Of a stretch of DNA of 52,142 nt, positions 25,861 to 35,483 are shown in pieces. The stretch lies in the IMG/VR virus record IMGVR_UViG_3300042197_000494, positions 1 through 52,142 of that record; one strand, 5' to 3'. The notes beneath the pieces were generated by a model. It was not told the origin of the DNA. It saw only the letters and a program-made list of their open reading frames with translations, and searched no databases. The DNA comes from a virus. Its lineage: Duplodnaviria > Caudoviricetes. A program made the position numbers and the translations under genes. Each line of letters opens with the position of its first letter. The first letter of the stretch is position 1.

Positions 25861-26277
25861 TTATGCGTAAGCACCACGAGTTACTGCACCTGTTATTTGG
25901 AACTCTGCAGAGTAGGAAACAATATCACCAATTCCTGCTGAGGTTTCATAAGAGGTCATTAGGCACTCGCCTGTGTACTTAGTAAATGTAGATGTTGAAC
26001 CTTCAGGACCATACTCAAAAGAAACTGAGTCTGACTGTCCTAAGATTCCTGCGAGGTGCGCATCTACTGTTGCGTCAAATGAACCTTCAACGCCAATAGT
26101 TTGATTCTTGAAACCAACTACATAAGAGCGGTCTGATGAACCAAATGAGGTTGTCTCTAAAACTTCTGCTTCTCTTGGAAATGAAACAGAGTTAAGAGTA
26201 TTGCTGATGTCGGTAAGTGTGCCAGCAGAATTATCTACTTTGAATACTGCGGCTTTACCATGTCTGAATGTAGGCAT
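25861..26277 (-). CDS. major tail tube protein
   Basis: E..ETT.FG...RSY..G, YTG....TSYE.S......V.YSAEFQITG. Confidence 0.85.
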   Translation of the reverse strand: MPTFRHGKAAVFKVDNSAGTLTDISNTLNSVSFPREAEVLETTSFGSSDRSYVVGFKNQTIGVEGSFDATVDAHLAGILGQSDSVSFEYGPEGSTSTFTKYTGECLMTSYETSAGIGDIVSYSAEFQITGAVTRGAYA

Positions 26278-26279
26278 TT

Positions 26280-27008
26280 TTATCTCCTTGAGAAAGCGAT
26301 ACTGAATGTGATTGAACCTGTACCTGCCGCAGGTGTAACTACTGCTCTCAGATAACGATTTACGGTAGTGCCAGAAGCAACTACTATTCGCTCTGAGGTC
26401 TTAGTTCCAATTGCGATAGTTGCGAAAGTGGTTAAATCAGCAAATGTTGAGTTATCAGCAGAGTGCTGGATTTTTGCCACTGTTGTTGCTGAGCGAGTGT
26501 TAGCAGTAATGTGTAAATGAGCAACTCCACCATTTGCTGATGAAGCACTATTATCCACACTTGTGCCTGTTGAGGTAGCAGTGATGGCAGATTGACAACC
26601 TAGCCAAACACCATAATCTAACCCACCATTTGCTACCGCTTCGCCCGAAACGGCAACAACATCTGTAAGTGGACTACTGATTTCATATGAAGTTGAGGCG
26701 GAGTCCACAAGAATTGCCCGACCCCCAACGCTTGTACTATCTGATGAAGTGCTAATAACTTTGTTTGTGGTATTTCCTAATGCTGCTTCTAGTTCTTCAT
26801 CTACCGCATCAGCAGTTCCATCAAATAATCCTTCAAAGGATATTGCGCCGTCTGAGTGTCCAACTATGTAAGAGCGGTCAGATGAGCCAAAGGTTGTTGT
26901 TTCTGGAGTTTCTATTGAGTTGGTGACTGAAACACTATTTAGGTAGGTAGTTAGTTCAATTTCATCTGCGAATAAAACTGTATTTTTACCATGGCGGAAG
27001 GTAGGCAT
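26280..27008 (-). CDS. tail tube-like protein with C-terminal extra domain
   Basis: Paralog of 25861..26277 (MPTFRHGK, ETTTFGSSDRSY) plus ~100 aa domain. Confidence 0.75.
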   Translation of the reverse strand: MPTFRHGKNTVLFADEIELTTYLNSVSVTNSIETPETTTFGSSDRSYIVGHSDGAISFEGLFDGTADAVDEELEAALGNTTNKVISTSSDSTSVGGRAILVDSASTSYEISSPLTDVVAVSGEAVANGGLDYGVWLGCQSAITATSTGTSVDNSASSANGGVAHLHITANTRSATTVAKIQHSADNSTFADLTTFATIAIGTKTSERIVVASGTTVNRYLRAVVTPAAGTGSITFSIAFSRR

Positions 27009-27283
27009 TATTTCTCCTTAACTGGGCGTTGGAATTCAGTTCCATCTTGAACGAACCCATCGCCATCTATGTCTTTTGCGTCAGGGTCAAAACCCTCTGC
27101 AATTTTTACTTCTTCAATTATTTCTACTTTAGTGCTTTTACTTTTACTATCAGCGAGTTCAATAAGACCTTGGTCTAATAACCATTTGGCTGATTTTTCT
27201 GGAATATCTGAAACGATGGTGCCTGATTCTACTCTTTTATCAGGAGGGTAATCTATCCCTGTTAATGCTCGATACTGCGTCAT
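27008..27283 (-). CDS. hypothetical virion-associated protein with DxDGDG motif
   Basis: Start ATG 27283 after AGGAG; DPDAKDIDGDGFVQDGT. Confidence 0.7.
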   Translation of the reverse strand: MTQYRALTGIDYPPDKRVESGTIVSDIPEKSAKWLLDQGLIELADSKSKSTKVEIIEEVKIAEGFDPDAKDIDGDGFVQDGTEFQRPVKEK

Positions 27284-27347
27284 TGTGTCTCCTTTGGGCA
27301 ACACAGACCCAACTACCTTTTGCCTCAAAGGGCTCTATATGTAGTGG

Positions 27348-27366
27348 GGTCTCTATGGACTCGGTT
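27348..27366 (-). promoter_or_regulatory. leader motif AACCGAGTCCnnnGAGACC, copy B
   Basis: 5 nt after TGcTAATCT; followed by SD-occluding hairpin 27291-27331. Confidence 0.5.
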
Positions 27367-27407
27367 GATTAAGATTAGCATGCTTGTTGCGTATATTGCT
27401 ACTACAA

Positions 27408-28622
27408 CTACCTAAGTATGGATATTTCCGTAACTCTAATTTCAGGATACATACAGAAAGTTAAAATACCAACATCTGATCTTTCACCTGACATTTCTTT
27501 CCACCAATCGCTTCCTCCGTCCATTGCGGGTGCTTGAAGCCAAACACACCCACCCCAATCTGCAACTCTAAAATGGTGAAAATGTCCACTAACTAATACA
27601 TCTGCTCCGCCTACATGTTGGCGACCCAATGACTGTCCCTCTAACCATCTCCTTAATCTACCTTCTACTCCTTGCCCACCTCTTCTTGCTGCATGACCAT
27701 GAGTTATACCCAAGACCCAACCAGCGACCTCTGCTGTAATACTTAATCTGTCTTTCGGTATAGCAAACTGAATATGCCCAAAAGCCTCTTGATTAGTTTC
27801 AAGAATTTCTGCCACCTGCTCAACTATGGCTACATCATCATTGTCGTTTAGGGTTGTATAAGACTTTCCTGTGCTGTTTCTATTTTCGCCATGATTACCG
27901 CCTACTGCCAATACTTGAACTGTCGGGAAATACTTACCCCACCTCATTAAAGCATCTCTAAATAATCTTCTTGCAATTTTTACTTGGTCTCTCCTGTCAA
28001 TTTCAACACTAAAGGTTTGCTGTGCATAATGTCCTACACAACCCTCTATGGAATCACCAGTCCATAAAACAACTAATTTCCCAATAGGTCTTTTAAGTTT
28101 TTCTAATTCTTTGATGCGAACTTCTACTTTATCTATAGAGTTTAATATTCTTTCGATAGTTCCTTTTAATCCATCTCCATCTGCTTTTCCTATCTGCCAA
28201 TCAGAAAGCACTACTACTAAAGCACCTTCACCAACAAAAGAAGTTTTAAGATTTGGCTTGTATTTCTTTATCTCGTTTTCTAACTTTGTAAAATCTTCTT
28301 TTTTGTTATCATCTTTTACTTGAACTACTTTGCCTTTCCATTGGCGATTAAGTGCGCCATCTGGATTACCCCAAACATTAAACAAAACAGGTTCGACTAC
28401 TCTAAAGTTTTCTGGATCAAGTCCCCATATTTTAAGTATTGCGTCCCAGTTTGGTGCTTCTTCTAAAGGTAATGCTGTTGTAGTTATTGTTCCTTCATTA
28501 CCGTTCCAAATAACTCCTGCTTGCCACTCTGCTCCTATTTTATTTAATCTAGGTTCGCTAGTTGGATTATTAGAAGTCTTAAGTAGTCTGTCCATTTCAT
28601 CATCTAAATTGGACAAGAACAA
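27408..28622 (-). CDS. calcineurin-like metallophosphoesterase
   Basis: SDWQIG, GDSIEG, GNHGE, THGH, GHFHH. Confidence 0.88.
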   Translation of the reverse strand: MFLSNLDDEMDRLLKTSNNPTSEPRLNKIGAEWQAGVIWNGNEGTITTTALPLEEAPNWDAILKIWGLDPENFRVVEPVLFNVWGNPDGALNRQWKGKVVQVKDDNKKEDFTKLENEIKKYKPNLKTSFVGEGALVVVLSDWQIGKADGDGLKGTIERILNSIDKVEVRIKELEKLKRPIGKLVVLWTGDSIEGCVGHYAQQTFSVEIDRRDQVKIARRLFRDALMRWGKYFPTVQVLAVGGNHGENRNSTGKSYTTLNDNDDVAIVEQVAEILETNQEAFGHIQFAIPKDRLSITAEVAGWVLGITHGHAARRGGQGVEGRLRRWLEGQSLGRQHVGGADVLVSGHFHHFRVADWGGCVWLQAPAMDGGSDWWKEMSGERSDVGILTFCMYPEIRVTEISILR

Positions 28623-28966
28623 CCTCCACCATTGGCTCTTCTTCTATGTCTACGCATGACTTCTGCGCTTACAGAATATCCATGTGCTTTTAATAAATTA
28701 ACTAAGTCTAAAGATAAAACTTCTGGATTGGTCATCAACGCTACTAACTTATTTCTTGTTGGCTCTTCTAAACTTTCTAAAGTTCTTTTAACCGAACAGG
28801 TCATACCATTGCCTTTTTTGGCTGGTATAAAATTATCTATTGCTTCATCTAAACTAAGCGAGTTGCTGATTTGTGGCTTTGCATCTTCCACAGTTGAGTT
28901 TCCATGGTCTTGTGAGGTATTCCGCGAGAATGCGATTACATCTCCAACATCTTGGGACTTCGTCAC
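28604..28966 (-). CDS. hypothetical protein (true start probably nearer 28850-28890)
   Basis: CSV...L...L...GY.VS...RHRR....CSCP; overlaps Com-like ORF. Confidence 0.55.
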   Translation of the reverse strand: MTKSQDVGDVIAFSRNTSQDHGNSTVEDAKPQISNSLSLDEAIDNFIPAKKGNGMTCSVKRTLESLEEPTRNKLVALMTNPEVLSLDLVNLLKAHGYSVSAEVMRRHRRRANGGGCSCPI

Positions 28967-29015
28967 GATTACTGCCCCTTCCGTAGATATCCTTCTTACT
29001 CTCTGACGGCTCCAA
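28854..29015 (-). CDS. Com-like zinc-ribbon protein
   Basis: RCWRCNRILAE......LNCGRCKATN matches the Mu Com pattern; TTG start 3 nt after upstream stop. Confidence 0.6.
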   Translation of the reverse strand: MEPSESKKDIYGRGSNRDEVPRCWRCNRILAEYLTRPWKLNCGRCKATNQQLA

Positions 29016-29017
29016 GT

Positions 29018-29422
29018 CTATACCCCAACATGGCAATCCAAGTTAAACACGACACGAGGTCTTTCAAGTTGGTCCACAGAAAGGGGATAGAAACTTCCAG
29101 TTGGCTCAACTCTAAGTATTGTTACACCTGAAGATGTAACATTTATTATGCCTGAAACTAAGGTTCTCAATGCTTGTGCCAAATCTCTTGCTGTTGCGTA
29201 ATCATCTCTAGCAGCCCTCACAGATATTTGAACACTTGGTCTATCTACCTCTATAGCGGTAGCCCCAAAGGTCATTAGTGGTCCACTGCCTTGATTCTCA
29301 TAAATACATACACAAACATCTGGCGTATCTGGCATCTTTGATAAGAATAGATTAGTTCCTATTGTTAAGTCGCCTCTGTTAGTATCGATATAAGTCCCTA
29401 GAGCCTCTAATACGGTCGCCAT
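29018..29422 (-). CDS. tail terminator / minor capsid-type connector
   Basis: LF...MPD.PD....IYE..G, P.VQI.VR, D...RP. Confidence 0.8.
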   Translation of the reverse strand: MATVLEALGTYIDTNRGDLTIGTNLFLSKMPDTPDVCVCIYENQGSGPLMTFGATAIEVDRPSVQISVRAARDDYATARDLAQALRTLVSGIINVTSSGVTILRVEPTGSFYPLSVDQLERPRVVFNLDCHVGV

Positions 29423-29824
29423 TTAGATACCCATAGCCCTTCTAATCATACCCAATAATCGTTCGTCCATGCCCCTTATACGCCTTCTGGCTGGGTCTTC
29501 TAGGAACTTGGCTTTTTTTCCGGGTTGGTGTCTCATTTCTAAATCTTCGTGAACATAAATTGCGTAATCTGCGGCAGCCCCTCCGTATGTAATATCTACT
29601 ACTAGGTCTCCGCCCTCTATCTTAGGCAACCCAAGTTGCCCTGAACTTCGCAATATACCTGTATCTACTGGAACCTCATCTTGGCTTTCTTCAAATATAA
29701 CTGCTGCTTCTTTATAGAGAGCCTGACCCAAGGTATTGACTGCTTTAGGACCACCTAGAGTAAGTAATCTCATGAGTTCTTTTGTGTTCATACTCATTTC
29801 ATTACTAGCCACCGAGAGAACCAA
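29423..29824 (-). CDS. HK97 gp10-like tail-completion protein
   Basis: VPVDTG.LRSS, YA.YVHE, AKFLE.P. Confidence 0.85.
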   Translation of the reverse strand: MVLSVASNEMSMNTKELMRLLTLGGPKAVNTLGQALYKEAAVIFEESQDEVPVDTGILRSSGQLGLPKIEGGDLVVDITYGGAAADYAIYVHEDLEMRHQPGKKAKFLEDPARRRIRGMDERLLGMIRRAMGI

Positions 29825-30167
29825 ACCTTACTTTAGTGTGATGAACTGTTGCTGTTCCGTTTGCGCTATAACTTACCTTATCTACGCTAAGTATTCTAGG
29901 GTCTGCATTATTTCCCGGCAAATCTAATCTGTCACCAACTTCAATATCAGCGTCCGAAAGTATATAAAGAGTTCCTCCTTCAACAACTTGGTTGCCTTGA
30001 TCGTCACGAGTAGTTGCAACATCTGAAATTATGCGACAACTAAAGTTGGTGCCTGCACCACTTATTGATTTCGAGCCATAGTTATTAAGAGTAGTTGCTT
30101 TATAGACCGTAATAGTATCGGTCATGTCGTCTAGCCAGTGGTTGGGCTGTCCTGCTATGTAGGTCAT
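29805..30167 (-). CDS. head-tail stopper/closure protein
   Basis: Position and D.ITVY.....NYG pattern. Confidence 0.7.
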   Translation of the reverse strand: MTYIAGQPNHWLDDMTDTITVYKATTLNNYGSKSISGAGTNFSCRIISDVATTRDDQGNQVVEGGTLYILSDADIEVGDRLDLPGNNADPRILSVDKVSYSANGTATVHHTKVRFGSLGG

Positions 30168-30179
30168 AATGCCCCCAGT

Positions 30180-30590
30180 TTATACTGTGTAGTCGTGCAT
30201 TCCTGTATAGAAATCAGTCTTATAGGTAGTTACTGTTTTATCAGCAGTCGCCATAATTGCTGAAGCGTTTATTTCTACTGAAGGTGGGTACAGATCAAGT
30301 TCTTGGGCTTTTAATCTTTTAGCCAGTTCTCGAAACTCTTGGGCGGAAGTAGCATAAGACTCTGATATTGATAAATCGCCAATGCTTCTTGAATAGTTTG
30401 TTTTATGAGCATACTTGGCTGCAATAATTTCTGCTGCGTAGGCTGCTGCTGCATAAACATTACCCCAAGTCTCAAATAGATATGTTATTTCTGCGTCATG
30501 TAAATGAAAATCAGTAGAATCGGTATCTCCAACTAAAAATCTTATCTTATCTCGATTACCTGAGGTTGGGTCAACATAGGTAAATGCCAT
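30180..30590 (-). CDS. head-tail adaptor protein
   Basis: D.IRFLVGDTD.....L.D.EI, SIGDLSIS. Confidence 0.75.
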   Translation of the reverse strand: MAFTYVDPTSGNRDKIRFLVGDTDSTDFHLHDAEITYLFETWGNVYAAAAYAAEIIAAKYAHKTNYSRSIGDLSISESYATSAQEFRELAKRLKAQELDLYPPSVEINASAIMATADKTVTTYKTDFYTGMHDYTV

Positions 30591-30940
30591 TACATACCAC
30601 CAAGCAAAAAGGTTACAACCCTTGAGCGATTAAGTATCTCTGCTTCGCTAGTTACTGATGAGGTTAAAGCAACTGTGCCATCTGAATCGGGCAAAGTGAT
30701 AGTTCGATCGGCTGTTGGGTCGGTAGCCAAAAGAGTAAGTTCATAAGAATCAGCAGTAGCACCTTCAAAAATTACGGCAGTAGGAACTGTTGGGTTGGCA
30801 GTAAATGTTCCACCGCTTTTGAGAACATAATCATCTAACTCGGTATCAACATCTGTGGCTAGATTTTCGAAATCAACAGCGATATTCGGCGCATCTGCGT
30901 TCTGCGGATAACGCAAGCCCTTAGTCGTTGTACCTGCCAT
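30590..30940 (-). CDS. virion appendage protein
   Basis: FEG.TAD..E.TL...DPTADRTITLP repeat shared with 35484..36056. Confidence 0.65.
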   Translation of the reverse strand: MAGTTTKGLRYPQNADAPNIAVDFENLATDVDTELDDYVLKSGGTFTANPTVPTAVIFEGATADSYELTLLATDPTADRTITLPDSDGTVALTSSVTSEAEILNRSRVVTFLLGGM

Positions 30941-30949
30941 TTCTTACTC

Positions 30950-31129
30950 CTAACTAATTATCGGTTGAGCATCTAAAAGAGTTACATCTCGCTTAGAAAC
31001 AAAACCACCATCACGGTCAAGTTTACCTTGTGCCGATTTTTCATCGGTGTCAAACACCGAAACAATCATCTTTACTTCATAAGTAAATACTTTTGTTTCT
31101 TTTTGTGCTACTTTTGAATCTTTAGCCAT
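30950..31129 (-). CDS. small hypothetical protein (59 aa)
   Basis: Manual ORF MAKDSKVAQ...AQPIIS with AGGAG RBS. Confidence 0.6.
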   Translation of the reverse strand: MAKDSKVAQKETKVFTYEVKMIVSVFDTDEKSAQGKLDRDGGFVSKRDVTLLDAQPIIS

Positions 31130-31146
31130 TGTTTCTCTCCTTAGGA

Positions 31147-32943
31147 TTATGCGGCATATCGAACTATAACGATACCTGAGCCACCTGAACCACCACTAGA
31201 ATTAAAAGTTGCTCCAGCGCCACCGCCACCGCCAGTATTATCTGTCCCCGATGTACCATTATGGGTTCCAGTACCACCTGTTGTAAAGTTTCCTGCTCCA
31301 CCGCCACCTGAACCGCCAGTTCCTCCAGCAGTTGCACCTGTACCATAACAACCACCACCACCACCACCTGCATAAGTGACAGATGAACCAGTAATTGAAA
31401 TAGCAACACCAGCACCACCATTACCACCAGTAGTTGATGTAGCAGTTCCCGCTTGTCCTACCGCTCCTGCTCCTCCACCACCACCACCACGATAAATACC
31501 TGTGGATTGGGTCATACCATTACCACCAGCAAAACCTTGACCTGAAGGAGATGCTGTGCCACCAGTACCAGCAGGAGAAGCATCTTCTCCAGCACCACCA
31601 CCACCGCTACCACCTGAATTTGCGTTTAGTGTACCTGAAGGTCGATAACTTCCACCACCACCACCGCCAGTTGAAGTAATACTTGAAAACACAGAGTTTG
31701 AACCATTACTACCTGCGGGTCTATCGCTATTACTACCACTAGGAGAACCAGCACCACCAGCACCGACTGTTACTGTGTATCCAGTCCCCGAAGTTAGTGA
31801 TAATGCTGATTCAAGTGAACCTCCACCGCCAGTTGCGGTTACGGTAGAACGCAATCCACCAGCACCGCCACCACCGCCATGTTGTGTACCACCACCCGCT
31901 CCACCTGCTACGACTAAATAATCAGCAGTTAAATTTTGAGTAGGTGTAAAAGTTCCACTAGATGTGAATGTGTGAATAATATAGCCACCAGTTGAATCAT
32001 AAGTAATAGTTCCACCAGTTGCTTTTGTTGGCACAGTAGTAAAAGTCCCTGATGAATTAAATGTATAAACTGTGTATGAACCTGAAGTGGTCTGAGTACC
32101 ACCAATGAATGTGCCTTCTGAAGTTAGAGCGCGAAGGATTACAACTCCTGAACCACCTGCTGCACCATTACCACCACTAGTTCCACCACCACCTCCGCCA
32201 CCACCTAGGTTGACAGTTCCAGCAGTACCGTGTGCAGTCGCATTTGCACCTGCACCTCCACCACCAGTTCCTCCAGCACCAGCATTGGCTCCACCGCCAC
32301 CACCGCCACCACCGCCATAAGTTACGGATGAACCAGTAATTGATACTGCAGTTCCATTTCCTCCAGCACCACAAACTGAACTGGTTGCAGTTCCGCCAGC
32401 AGCACTGGTTCCTCCTCCACCACCGCATCTTTGATTTCCAGAAGAACCTGCTCCACCATCTTTACCTTGACTAGCGGTACCTAAACCAGCAGCGAACCCA
32501 CCGACTCCTTGAGCACCTCCGCCACCGCATCCACCATTAGCACCAGAACCTTGACCTGAACCATCTCCTCCACCACCACCTCCGCCTAAAGAAGTAATAG
32601 TTGAAAATATAGAATCAGAACCATTAGAGCCTCGTTGGTTTGGGTCAGCACCTCTTGCTCCGCCACCGCCAACTGTAACTGTATATGAAGTTGCTAAAGT
32701 AAGGGACAACGCAGTTTCTAAAGTTCCACCATTACCAGTTGCTGTTACAGTTGAGCGTAAACCTCCAGCACCTCCGCCACCAGAACATTCATCACCACCT
32801 CCACCACCACCAGCAAGTACAAGATAATCAACTGGAATAATGGTTTGTCCTCTAGCCCCAGTCAAAGTGATATTACCTGTGGTCAAAGATGAAACTTGTG
32901 ACCCGGGAATCATGATGCGCTGTAAGCCGAGGTGTGTGGTCAT
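31147..32943 (-). CDS. glycine-rich virion fibre/adhesin protein (two repeat units)
   Basis: DYLVVAGG.GG...GGSG.VI.RY units with HTFTSSGTF. Confidence 0.8.
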   Translation of the reverse strand: MTTHLGLQRIMIPGSQVSSLTTGNITLTGARGQTIIPVDYLVLAGGGGGGDECSGGGGAGGLRSTVTATGNGGTLETALSLTLATSYTVTVGGGGARGADPNQRGSNGSDSIFSTITSLGGGGGGGDGSGQGSGANGGCGGGGAQGVGGFAAGLGTASQGKDGGAGSSGNQRCGGGGGTSAAGGTATSSVCGAGGNGTAVSITGSSVTYGGGGGGGGGANAGAGGTGGGGAGANATAHGTAGTVNLGGGGGGGGTSGGNGAAGGSGVVILRALTSEGTFIGGTQTTSGSYTVYTFNSSGTFTTVPTKATGGTITYDSTGGYIIHTFTSSGTFTPTQNLTADYLVVAGGAGGGTQHGGGGGAGGLRSTVTATGGGGSLESALSLTSGTGYTVTVGAGGAGSPSGSNSDRPAGSNGSNSVFSSITSTGGGGGGSYRPSGTLNANSGGSGGGGAGEDASPAGTGGTASPSGQGFAGGNGMTQSTGIYRGGGGGGAGAVGQAGTATSTTGGNGGAGVAISITGSSVTYAGGGGGGCYGTGATAGGTGGSGGGGAGNFTTGGTGTHNGTSGTDNTGGGGGAGATFNSSGGSGGSGIVIVRYAA

Positions 32944-32957
32944 GGTTTTTTATTTCC

Positions 32958-33329
32958 TTATTCGGTAACTAAGTCCCAAGAAGTTGTTTCTTCATTCCAT
33001 GTGTATCTTTCGCCGTCTGTTGGATAAGCAACAGGGGCTTCCCATAGACATGAAGTTTCATTCAATGTCCATGAAGCGAAAGGCTTTGGAGGAATGAAGG
33101 CATCACGACCTGAATCGTATGTGTATCCAATTCCTGCATAGTTTTTGCGGAAAGGTGTTCCACCTAAAGCGTGAACTCCTCCTGATGTGTTGTATGAAGT
33201 CTTGACCCAAGTACCGCCAAGACCTAGTGTGTTAGCAAGAAAGTTTTGTCCATCGTTTTCTTGAGCATTATCAACTACAAGAACACGGAGAACTACTCCT
33301 TGCCCATCTATTTCTGCGAAGTGCGCCAT
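32958..33329 (-). CDS. conserved partner of Gly-rich fibres (MAHFAE family)
   Basis: MAHFAEI...W..TSYN...RKNYAGIGYTYD...DAFIPPKP..SW.L. Confidence 0.75.
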   Translation of the reverse strand: MAHFAEIDGQGVVLRVLVVDNAQENDGQNFLANTLGLGGTWVKTSYNTSGGVHALGGTPFRKNYAGIGYTYDSGRDAFIPPKPFASWTLNETSCLWEAPVAYPTDGERYTWNEETTSWDLVTE

Positions 33330-33350
33330 TTTTTCTCCTTTGTTTGTTGT

Positions 33351-35099
33351 TTATGCCGCATAACGAATAATAACAATTCCTGAACCGCCAGAGCCACCAT
33401 TAAATGCAGTACCAGTGTAACCACCACCACCGCCTCCGCCACCAGTGTTTACAGTACCAGAATCACCAGCAACAATTTTATTACCATTACCGCCACCACC
33501 AGTACCGCCTGTACCTCTAGCAACATCATTACCACTCCAAACACCACCACCTGCACCACCGCCACCTGCATAATTAGTAGAAGTGCCAGAAATTGAATTA
33601 CTTACTCCCGCACCACCATTACCTGATGTACTAGTGTTTGGTGCAGTTTGTCCAGCAGCACCAGCACCTCCGCCTCCACCACTAGCATTACCAGCAGAAG
33701 CATTACCACCTGCAAAACCTTGATTTGCTGTACCTGCACCACCAGTAAAACCATCAGTTGAGGCACCTCCACCAGAACCACCACTACCGCCAGCCTTAGG
33801 ACCAACACCACTACCACCACCACCGCCACCGCCAGTGGAGGTGATAGTAGAAAATACTGAGTTGGAACCATTAGTTCCTCTTAACGCGCCTGAAGCACCA
33901 GCACCACCGCCACCTACTGTTACTGTATAACCAGTACCAGAAGTTAGAGACAATGTTGATTCAACAGAGCCGCCACCTCCAGTAGATATAACGGTACTGC
34001 GTAAACCTCCCGCACCGCCACCGCCACCTACAGCACCACCACCGCCTGCGCCTCCAGCAACAACTAAGTAATCAGCAGTAATGTTGCTTGTCGGCGTAAA
34101 AGTTCCTGATGAAGTAAAAGTATGAACCCAAAATCCGCCATCTTTAGTAATCGTTCCGCCAAGTGCTTTTGCTAGAGAGTATCTAACAATTACAACACCG
34201 CTACCGCCTGCTGCGCCAGCACGATATCCTCCTGAAAAGTATGCGCCACCTCCACCGCCACCGCCAAGATTTGTACCACCAGCAACAGAAGGAGATGTAT
34301 TATCTGATGAACCACCAGCACCGCCACCACCTGTACCACCTGTACCGCCAGCAGCATTACCACCAACGCTATCTTTGCGGCCACCGCCACCGCCTCCACC
34401 TGCATAGGTTACAGAAGTACCAGTTATTGATGATGCAACACCATTACCACCATTAGCGCCAGCAGTGTTTGTACCAGTAGAAGCATTTGAACCAACTGCT
34501 CCTGCACCACCGCCACCTGAACCTGAACTAGCACCACCAGTTTGTCCACCACCTGCAAAACCTTGATTTGCAGTTCCTGCTGCTCCTGCACCAGCATTAC
34601 CACCGCCACCGCCTGAACCACCAGTTGTTGCCGCAGTACCATCACCACCACCTGCACCACCAGCAGTTGAAGTGATAGTAGAAAATACTGAGTTATTACC
34701 TGCTGTACCTGTTAAACCAGTAGCACCAGCACCTGCTCCGCCACCACCAACTGTAACTGTGTAACCAATACCTGATGTTAAAGATAATGCAGATTCTAAT
34801 GAACCACCACCGCCAGTAGCAGTTACAGTAGAGCGTAATCCACCAGCACCACCGCCACCACCAAGTGAACCACCTCCACCACCACCTGCTACTACTAGAT
34901 AATCAACAGTTAGATTTTGAGTAGGAGTGAAAGTATCTGAAGAATTAAAAGTGTGAACAATATAAGGATAATCTAAAGATACAGTTCCTCCGATTGCCAA
35001 AGGTCTAATTCCAGCAGAAGGCGTGGTGATAGCACCCGTCAGTAAAGATGAAACTTGAACTGACGGGTTAGCACCAAGAAGTCGTGATGGTAGTGACAC
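33351..35099 (-). CDS. glycine-rich virion fibre/adhesin protein (two repeat units)
   Basis: Paralog of 31147..32943. Confidence 0.8.
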   Translation of the reverse strand: MSLPSRLLGANPSVQVSSLLTGAITTPSAGIRPLAIGGTVSLDYPYIVHTFNSSDTFTPTQNLTVDYLVVAGGGGGGSLGGGGGAGGLRSTVTATGGGGSLESALSLTSGIGYTVTVGGGGAGAGATGLTGTAGNNSVFSTITSTAGGAGGGDGTAATTGGSGGGGGNAGAGAAGTANQGFAGGGQTGGASSGSGGGGAGAVGSNASTGTNTAGANGGNGVASSITGTSVTYAGGGGGGGRKDSVGGNAAGGTGGTGGGGAGGSSDNTSPSVAGGTNLGGGGGGGAYFSGGYRAGAAGGSGVVIVRYSLAKALGGTITKDGGFWVHTFTSSGTFTPTSNITADYLVVAGGAGGGGAVGGGGGAGGLRSTVISTGGGGSVESTLSLTSGTGYTVTVGGGGAGASGALRGTNGSNSVFSTITSTGGGGGGGSGVGPKAGGSGGSGGGASTDGFTGGAGTANQGFAGGNASAGNASGGGGGAGAAGQTAPNTSTSGNGGAGVSNSISGTSTNYAGGGGAGGGVWSGNDVARGTGGTGGGGNGNKIVAGDSGTVNTGGGGGGGGYTGTAFNGGSGGSGIVIIRYAA

Positions 35100-35112
35100 G
35101 CACTAACTCCTA

Positions 35113-35472
35113 TCAGGTAGTCGCTACTCGATTTACAAATCCGTGAATTGTTACAACATCTGCGGTTCCAGCATACGCCTTGATAATCAAAGAGTTGCGT
35201 AGAACTAGGTCAGGACAAACAAGTGTTAGACCTGATGTTGCAGGGATCGATAACTTAATGTCATCATCTACTGAGGTTGTTCCGCCCCATTGTAAAGTTA
35301 GGTTTACAGCAGATGCGCTTGAGTTATATGCATATAGCGTAATAACATCGCAATCTGTTGCTGATGAAGTTGCGGTATGGATAGTGGTACCAGCAGAAGA
35401 AGTTGCGGCAACTTTTACTGCTCTACCATCTGTTGAACCCGATAACGGGATTCGGCTTACTGTTGTTGCCAT
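35113..35472 (-). CDS. small beta-rich virion protein
   Basis: LSGSTDGR.VKVAAT...GT.IHT...G.VNR. Confidence 0.65.
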   Translation of the reverse strand: MATTVSRIPLSGSTDGRAVKVAATSSAGTTIHTATSSATDCDVITLYAYNSSASAVNLTLQWGGTTSVDDDIKLSIPATSGLTLVCPDLVLRNSLIIKAYAGTADVVTIHGFVNRVATT

Positions 35473-35483
35473 TTATTTTCTCC

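Noticed and set aside
31164-34660. Alternative-frame and antisense ORFs in the Gly-rich genes (poly-V, poly-W/R, poly-P, poly-H)
   Set aside because: By-products of GGT/GGC codon runs
31147-35099. Diversity-generating retroelement template/variable repeats
   Set aside because: Similar segments are paralogous coding repeats; no reverse transcriptase in the window and no adenine-specific pattern noticed
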